Source of the DNA: Minisyncoccota bacterium
GTDB taxonomy: Bacteria > Patescibacteriota > Minisyncoccia > JBAYJV01
Reading direction: 5' to 3'
Length of the DNA: 64,000 bases
Assembly (NCBI GenBank): GCA_041664925.1
Contig: JBAYJV010000002.1
Location: 8,302 to 72,301 of the forward strand
In this document: in pieces, positions 57,796-64,000 of the stretch
How the letters are laid out: each line of letters opens with the position of its first letter
Numbering within the stretch: position 1 is the stretch's first letter
Notes under the pieces: generated by a model
Database searches by the model: none
Seen by the model: only the letters and a program-made list of their open reading frames with translations
What the model was told of the DNA's origin: nothing
Made by a program: the position numbers and the translations under genes

Positions 57796-58009
57796 GGACT
57801 TAGCTCAAAGCTTAAAGCTTAAAGCGCAAAAACACAGTTCAAAACTAAAAATTAAATAACCCTTGAATCTTAGATTTTTGTTTTAACACTTGAGTCTTGA
57901 GCTTAAATTAAATTACATTACATTACAATAAAAACCTAAAACTGAAACAGTTTTAAGTTTTGAACTGCAACTTTTAACTTTTAATTTTAAACTTTTAATT
58001 TATCTGAGA

Positions 58010-58351
58010 TCAGATATAATACTGTTTCAAATGTTCTTTTGTTTTTTGAATCGTTGTCGCTCTTGTTGTTGTCCAGCGCAAAGTTCTTGAAAGTTTTTTA
58101 TCACCCAAGACAAGATTTATCCACCTAGCAAAATCATTTTTCTTTGAATTAACATGGCTTCTAAAGGTCAAGTCATCCATAGTTTCAAGCGCTTTTATAA
58201 AATCTCTGATGTTATATAATTTTCTTTTGTCAGAAGTCCAGAAAACTTTTCCTTCAGGAGAATTGGCTAAAATTTTCTTTATATTTAATTTTGCTCGTTT
58301 TGTTTTTAACATATTTTTAATAACATCTATTACATTTATAGATTTTATCAA
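58010..58351 (-). CDS. hypothetical protein (DUF5752-like)
   Basis: FW..D...N, HVNSKKNDFARWI motif; start uncertain. Confidence 0.6.
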   Translation of the reverse strand: MIKSINVIDVIKNMLKTKRAKLNIKKILANSPEGKVFWTSDKRKLYNIRDFIKALETMDDLTFRSHVNSKKNDFARWINLVLGDKKLSRTLRWTTTRATTIQKTKEHLKQYYI

Positions 58352-58398
58352 AAAGTGGAGGTAGTAGCAATCTAATTATCCACACGCAATAGAAATAA

Positions 58399-58701
58399 TT
58401 ATTTAATGGCAGAAAATCTTTCTTTTATTCTCTGTTCTTCTTCCTTAAGCCAGTCATTTTCGTTGCTATATTCGCCAGAATGGGCAGTATTTCCTCCGTA
58501 AGATGGCGCCTTCACATCGAGATGGATAGTAATGAAATTATTATCTTTTTCAAAATAAACGTGAAATTTAGGATAATCAGCGCCTGATAAACGGCGGGAA
58601 AAACTCAAAATGCCTAATTTTCTTTGCCTGTCGGGATGATAACCCAATTCTCTGAAAAGAAGCGTAAAGTTTGAAGGACGATTATTGAAGAATATTCTCA
58701 T
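58399..58701 (-). CDS. hypothetical protein
   Basis: YPKFHVY, HLD..PSY..AHSGEY; in operon. Confidence 0.7.
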   Translation of the reverse strand: MRIFFNNRPSNFTLLFRELGYHPDRQRKLGILSFSRRLSGADYPKFHVYFEKDNNFITIHLDVKAPSYGGNTAHSGEYSNENDWLKEEEQRIKERFSAIK

Positions 58702-59859
58702 TTATGTAATCAGACTAACTAAGTAATATCCGCCTAAAATAAGAAGAATTATGCCTTCGATCAGAGTAATCATTTTTGTCGCTTTTCCAGACGACAGCCA
58801 AAGCTTCATTGTAAAGAAAGCAATCAAAAAGACAATAATTTCGTCTAGCAGATACATCACTAAATAAATAGCGATATAAAGGAAGTATTGAAAACCGCCG
58901 ATATTCGCTTGCGCAAGGACACCAGAGAATACCAGAGGGACTGCAGCAGAGCAGGGGAATTCAATGACCGTAACAAGTCCAGCAAAGATAAGGACGCTGC
59001 CAGCAACAAGTAGAATATTTCTAGTATTATTAAAGGTATTTCCTAATTTCTGGGTAAGTTTATTGATAGTCTTATTTTCGTTAGCTTCGCACAAAACTCC
59101 TTGCTTTCTAAATTTAATAAATTGCTTAAAGAAATACCAGGCGCCGACAAAAGAAATTACCACGACTATAATCTGCATCAAAAACATATAAGAAGAAAGC
59201 AACGAAAATAGCTGATACCAAACACCCATCAATGCTCCATAAACAAGAGCTGTCGTTAAAAGAAAAATACTGCCAAAAATCAGCGTTTTTTTGCGTGAAC
59301 GAAAAGCTAAAACCAATCCTAAAATAAAAACCAAGGCTCCCAAAGAACAAACATTGAAACCGTCAAGGAATCCCAAAACAACTGCTAATGCTGGTATGGA
59401 ATATTTTGACGTATCTATGTTGCCTAAAATAGGAAGATTAATTTTATCTTTGTTTATTGGAGGAGTGGTAGTTGCATCATTTAAAATAGCATTTTTTATA
59501 GCTGATTCGATTTTGCTCCCCATGCCTTGATCATTATCAAAGCCGAGAAAAAATTCATCTTGAACAAAAGTTAAAGGCACGAGCCCCAAATATCTTTCTG
59601 CGCTAATTTTATCGAGAAGCGACTTGAGTAATTCTTGTTTTGATTGATCGGTATTTAGATAACGCAAAATTTCAAGGTCTGGGTATTTCACCTCCATTTT
59701 ATCTAAAAACTTCTCTTCGGCAGCGCAATGAGGACAAGTTTTTGAGTAAAAAAAGAAAAGCTGAGTCTTTTCTTTGACCTCTTGAGCCAAAATTGGCTTA
59801 GAAAAAACAAAGCCTAATCCAATAATTAAGAACAGTAAAAAAAATACAATCTTTTTCAT
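58702..59859 (-). CDS. glutaredoxin/thioredoxin-like domain fused to a DsbD/CcdA-like membrane domain
   Basis: CPHC, DGFNVC, EFPC, about 6 TMs. Confidence 0.8.
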   Translation of the reverse strand: MKKIVFFLLFLIIGLGFVFSKPILAQEVKEKTQLFFFYSKTCPHCAAEEKFLDKMEVKYPDLEILRYLNTDQSKQELLKSLLDKISAERYLGLVPLTFVQDEFFLGFDNDQGMGSKIESAIKNAILNDATTTPPINKDKINLPILGNIDTSKYSIPALAVVLGFLDGFNVCSLGALVFILGLVLAFRSRKKTLIFGSIFLLTTALVYGALMGVWYQLFSLLSSYMFLMQIIVVVISFVGAWYFFKQFIKFRKQGVLCEANENKTINKLTQKLGNTFNNTRNILLVAGSVLIFAGLVTVIEFPCSAAVPLVFSGVLAQANIGGFQYFLYIAIYLVMYLLDEIIVFLIAFFTMKLWLSSGKATKMITLIEGIILLILGGYYLVSLIT

Positions 59860-59945
59860 AAATTTATACTAAAAATTGTAGCAAAACAATGCCTATTTTG
59901 CAATACAAAAGACGGAATTTTTTTATTCCATCTTTAATGGGGGGA

Positions 59946-60581
59946 TTATTCAATTATTTCTTTTGGTTCTAAGATTTTCGTTGTTTGCGAATAAAGAATG
60001 TATTTTGAACTTCCGTCATCGGAAACAACAGTTATAGAAGCATCATCTTTTTGAGTGATTTTTCCAAAAATTGTTTCCATTTGACCAGATAGTCTTTGAC
60101 GACCCTGATCTCTTGCTGTTCTCATTTTTTCTAACTCTTCTGGTGAGAGATCTTGAAAACCTTGAGGAGGATTTCCTCTGAACCTGTTTTCTTGCTTAGT
60201 AGTATTTCCATCGGGCGAGCTGGCAGTATTTGGATTTTGACCAGGTTCTCCTCCCATAAATTGACCTGGTTGGTTCTTAAAATCTTCTTGAGTCATACCA
60301 AGCACAATTCTTTCAGATGAAATTACACCATTACTATCTTTTAAACCAAACACCATCACAGATTCTCCTACAATTAAATCATTCGGAGTTGTTGTTGAAA
60401 AATTTTCATCAAATCCTGACTGTATATTGCTTTGAACTTGAGTAAGCCTTGCCTCAGATTGATTTTCTACGGTGTCATTTTTTTTAGATAGGACAAAGAT
60501 AAGAATAATGACAGATATTATAATAAAAACGATAATAATAAGAATCGGTAATGGATTTTTTGAAAGAAGATTATTTTTCAT
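59946..60581 (-). CDS. membrane-anchored hypothetical protein (MacAB-operon accessory)
   Basis: N-terminal TM, DLIVGESVMVFG, GKITQKD. Confidence 0.65.
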   Translation of the reverse strand: MKNNLLSKNPLPILIIIVFIIISVIILIFVLSKKNDTVENQSEARLTQVQSNIQSGFDENFSTTTPNDLIVGESVMVFGLKDSNGVISSERIVLGMTQEDFKNQPGQFMGGEPGQNPNTASSPDGNTTKQENRFRGNPPQGFQDLSPEELEKMRTARDQGRQRLSGQMETIFGKITQKDDASITVVSDDGSSKYILYSQTTKILEPKEIIE

Positions 60582-60598
60582 TTTACTTTTTACAATTA

Positions 60599-61825
60599 TT
60601 ATTCGTATCTCAAAGCTTCGATGGGATTAAGTTTGGCGGCTCGTCTGGCTGGATAATAACCAAACACAATACCAATAAGACCGGACACACCAGCAGCCAA
60701 CAAAATAGAAAATAACGAAACTTGAGTAGCAAGAGATCCTAGTTTTGTAATTAAGAAAGCGGTGAGACAACCAATAATTATACCGACAATACCACCCAAT
60801 GAAGTCAGAACAGTTGCTTCGGTTAAGAATTGAGTGCTAATGTCTTTATTTTTTGCTCCTAAGGATTTTCGTAAGCCGATTTCTCTGGTTCTTTCTGTAA
60901 CCGTTGTCAACATCATATTCATAATGCCGATTCCGCCAACGACCAGAGAAATGCCCGCGATTGCACCTAAAAGCAAAGTGAGTGTTCCTGAAACTGACGA
61001 CATTGTGCCTAAAATATCTGCTTGATTCATAATCGAAAAATCAGCACTTGCGGCATCGGAAATATTATGCCTTTTTAATAATAAATCAGAAATTTCCTGT
61101 TGCACTTGGTCCATCAATTTTTCTTGAGTTACTTCAATATTTATCATACTCACCGATTCACTTCCCGTAATATATCTTTGAGCAGTTGTAAGAGGAATAT
61201 AGATCAAATCATCTGAATTATTCATACCGCTTCCTCCTTTTGTCACCGTTACGCCAATAACGGTAAATTCCTGGCTATTAATACGAATTTTTTGTCCAAT
61301 TGGATCTGAATTTTCTCCAAACAAATCATCGCGAGTAGTCGGTCCAATAACTGCCACTTTCGATAAATTATTAATATTTAAATCAGTTAAAAGTTCTCCT
61401 AACTCAGCTGTTATATTCTTTACGGAGAAATAATTTGGCATAACGCCGTATATGCTTGTATTTGTGTTCGTGCCATTCTTGCTGGTTACCTGTTTTCTTG
61501 ACGAAACAACGGGAGCGATAGTTTTGATTGAATCAATTTCTTGTTCAATTGCCTCTGAATCATCAATTGTCAACGAAGTCGCTGACCCCATACCGCCTCT
61601 TACTTGTGAACCAACGCCCTTTGATGATCCTGGCATAACAATTAATAAATTTGATCCTAAGGCCTGAATATTTGATTGAATATTGCTCGTTGCTCCTTGT
61701 CCAATAGAAATCATAGCTATTACTGATGCAATACCAATAACAATACCCAGAATTGTCAATCCTGATCTGGATTTATTGGATATTAAAGCTGAGTATGTTT
61801 CTTGGAGTAAATCTGATGTTCTCAT
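60599..61825 (-). CDS. MacB-like ABC permease
   Basis: RSGLTILGIVIG, GGIGIMNMM..VTERTREIG, NPIEALRYE. Confidence 0.95.
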   Translation of the reverse strand: MRTSDLLQETYSALISNKSRSGLTILGIVIGIASVIAMISIGQGATSNIQSNIQALGSNLLIVMPGSSKGVGSQVRGGMGSATSLTIDDSEAIEQEIDSIKTIAPVVSSRKQVTSKNGTNTNTSIYGVMPNYFSVKNITAELGELLTDLNINNLSKVAVIGPTTRDDLFGENSDPIGQKIRINSQEFTVIGVTVTKGGSGMNNSDDLIYIPLTTAQRYITGSESVSMINIEVTQEKLMDQVQQEISDLLLKRHNISDAASADFSIMNQADILGTMSSVSGTLTLLLGAIAGISLVVGGIGIMNMMLTTVTERTREIGLRKSLGAKNKDISTQFLTEATVLTSLGGIVGIIIGCLTAFLITKLGSLATQVSLFSILLAAGVSGLIGIVFGYYPARRAAKLNPIEALRYE

Positions 61826-62541
61826 GATAATTTATCAATAGCGCTGACAATTTTTCTTTTGTTTTTTTCATCTGAAACGATTTTGCCGTCTCTTATTTCA
61901 ATAATTCTGTCTGCGTGTTCAGCAACATAGCGTTCGTGAGTGATAAGAATAATGGTATGACCTTGATTATCATTTAGATTTTGAAATGTTGCCAAAACCA
62001 CCTCTCCTGTTTTACTGTCTAAATTTCCAGTTGGCTCGTCCGCTAAAATTAGATCTGGTTCATTAACAAGCGCTCTTGCAATAGCAACGCGTTGCATCTG
62101 ACCTCCAGATAATTGATTTGAAAGATGATGCCACCTTTCCTTATTCAACCCTGCAGCAATTAAGGCTTGCTTTGCTCTATCTTCTCTTTCTTCAGGCGCA
62201 GTTTTTCTATCATAAATTAATGGCAGAATAACGTTTCTGATGACGCTAGTGCGGGGCAATAAATTGAATGATTGAAAAACAAATCCAATATCATGAGCTC
62301 TAATTTCAGCCAAGTCATTATTAGAAAGATTTAGCATATCTTTCCCGTTCAAGTAATATGTCCCGCTCGAAGGTCGATCAAGCGCTCCTAAGATATGCAT
62401 TAAAGTTGATTTTCCTGAGCCGGATGGTCCCATGATAGCCACGAACTCGCCTTTTTCTATTTTAAAGGAAGCGTCATTTAGCGCGTAAGTTTCTGTATCG
62501 CCAGTTTTATAAATTTTAGTTAAATGTTCACACTTAATCAT
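61822..62541 (-). CDS. MacB/LolD-like ABC ATP-binding protein
   Basis: GPSGSGKS, LSGGQ, LADEPTGNLD. Confidence 0.95.
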   Translation of the reverse strand: MIKCEHLTKIYKTGDTETYALNDASFKIEKGEFVAIMGPSGSGKSTLMHILGALDRPSSGTYYLNGKDMLNLSNNDLAEIRAHDIGFVFQSFNLLPRTSVIRNVILPLIYDRKTAPEEREDRAKQALIAAGLNKERWHHLSNQLSGGQMQRVAIARALVNEPDLILADEPTGNLDSKTGEVVLATFQNLNDNQGHTIILITHERYVAEHADRIIEIRDGKIVSDEKNKRKIVSAIDKLS

Positions 62542-62542
62542 T

Positions 62543-64000
62543 TTAAAAAATTCTCATTAGTTCACCTGCTCCACCAGGTCCGCCCCTGTCAGTGTTATTA
62601 TTTTTACTTGAAGAGGAGTTTGATGAAGATGAAGATGTGTTACTATTGCTGGTCGAAGCTGAGGTTTTTATTACTACCTTATCATTTTCGCTAATACCGC
62701 TAATTATTTCTGTTTGAGTATCATTACTTATACCAATTTCAACTGTTTTGCGAGTTGGGGCTGTTTGATCTTTTTCCATAATTTCAACATAATAACTACT
62801 TCCTTGGGTCTTAACCGCTGAATTGGAAACCAATAAAACATTTGATTTGTTTTCTGTGATAATACTTACACTTGTACTCATACCCGGTCGGATGTTCTCG
62901 TTGTTCACATCAAGAATAATTTGAACATCATAACTAACAACTCCTTGATTTACCGTTCCAGAGGCATCTATATTTGTGACACTACCCGTAATTGATAAAT
63001 CACTAAGCGCATCAAAAGTAAGGATAGCTTTTTGATTAACCTTAACTTTTGTCACATCAACTTCATTAAGGGTAATAACGGCGATTTTTTGATCAGTCAT
63101 TAGTGTAGCAATAGTTGCTCCTGAGCTTACTTCTTCTCCGAGAGTTGGAACAATATCGGTTATTGTGCCGTCAAATGGCGCGTAAACATAATAATCGGCT
63201 AATTTATCCTTGGCGTTCTGCAGAGCAACTTGTTTTTGTTCCAAAGAAAGCTTTTGTGATCTAATGTCTAATTCATCTGCGCCTGCCTTCAAATCAGCCA
63301 GAGATTCGGTTTTCTCTTCGATAGTTCTTTCGTAATTAATAATTTGTTGTTTCGCGGAAATAATATTATTTTGATTAGAAATCAAAGATGATACATATCC
63401 GCCTACTTTTGAAGAATAAGATGATAAGTCGCTGCGATAAGCGGTAACTGTCGCAAACACAGACATTTCTTTATCAGTGCGATAATCCATCCAATAATCA
63501 AGAGTGTTAATTAAATCCTTAATAGCTTCGGACATTTTTTTAACAGTTTCTACGGTTTTATCCAGTAATACTTGAATTTTTTCATTGTCGGAATAACGAT
63601 TAAGAGCTGTATAATCTACCAAGTTCTGATCATAGCTTTCTCTAATTGTTTTATAACTGTTTTCGGCTCTGGTCACTAAGTTTTCAATCGTAGTACGATC
63701 CTCTGGATTGATAGTATCTATATAGACCGAGTTGTTTTGTTTGGAATCAATAACAGTCAATTCTGCTTGACCAATATCATATCCGTGTAAAACATTATCA
63801 AGTTTTGTTATGACAGAAGGAAGAACCAGAAACGAATCAGAAATATTACCAAAAGTATCCTCGTAAGATTTCTCCAGATTAGTTTCTGAAGTAACCTTAT
63901 TCTCCTTAGCTTGTTCCAAAGAATTTTCTGCCTGTAAAATCGTTAAGTCGTCTGCAGGCGCTATTAATTTATCATAAGAAATTTTGGCGTTTTCTAAGCT
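62543..64000 (-). CDS. MacA-like periplasmic adaptor subunit, 5' end outside the window
   Basis: APFDGTI, NEVDVTKVKVNQ, IRPGMS; frame open to window edge. Confidence 0.85.
   Translation of the reverse strand, partial: SLENAKISYDKLIAPADDLTILQAENSLEQAKENKVTSETNLEKSYEDTFGNISDSFLVLPSVITKLDNVLHGYDIGQAELTVIDSKQNNSVYIDTINPEDRTTIENLVTRAENSYKTIRESYDQNLVDYTALNRYSDNEKIQVLLDKTVETVKKMSEAIKDLINTLDYWMDYRTDKEMSVFATVTAYRSDLSSYSSKVGGYVSSLISNQNNIISAKQQIINYERTIEEKTESLADLKAGADELDIRSQKLSLEQKQVALQNAKDKLADYYVYAPFDGTITDIVPTLGEEVSSGATIATLMTDQKIAVITLNEVDVTKVKVNQKAILTFDALSDLSITGSVTNIDASGTVNQGVVSYDVQIILDVNNENIRPGMSTSVSIITENKSNVLLVSNSAVKTQGSSYYVEIMEKDQTAPTRKTVEIGISNDTQTEIISGISENDKVVIKTSASTSNSNTSSSSSNSSSSKNNNTDRGGPGGAGELMRIF

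Overview
This is an AT-rich bacterial window using genetic code 11. Gene content and intergenic style most resemble Patescibacteria/CPR (Parcubacteria-like); that assignment is inference. Core genes include obgE, rlmN, xth, ppa, an RRM protein, PduL-AckA-2-oxoacid:ferredoxin oxidoreductase and two ABC systems, and mostly lack Shine-Dalgarno (SD) sites. They are interleaved with many stand-alone orphan transcription units that have a sigma70-type promoter, a strong SD and a terminator, often with a boxA-like motif and a conserved hairpin leader. Highlights: (1) three divergent RpoD-like sigma factors clustered with four of five short promoter-to-terminator non-coding units that share one terminator; (2) a 9-copy TAAGAG...CTCTAAGGGAGG leader in front of unrelated genes; (3) two unrelated ORFs in near-identical promoter/terminator frames; (4) NYN and DUF3800 genes each met by a convergent structured small RNA; (5) convergent surface-fibre operons (SipW/TasA-like, and VWA/Cys-rich); (6) a GC-richer block of lipoprotein/PKD/beta-barrel-like genes. 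Several families of short palindromic repeats fill the intergenic DNA, nest in each other and enter coding frames. No rRNA, tRNA, CRISPR array, integrase or transposase was recognised.
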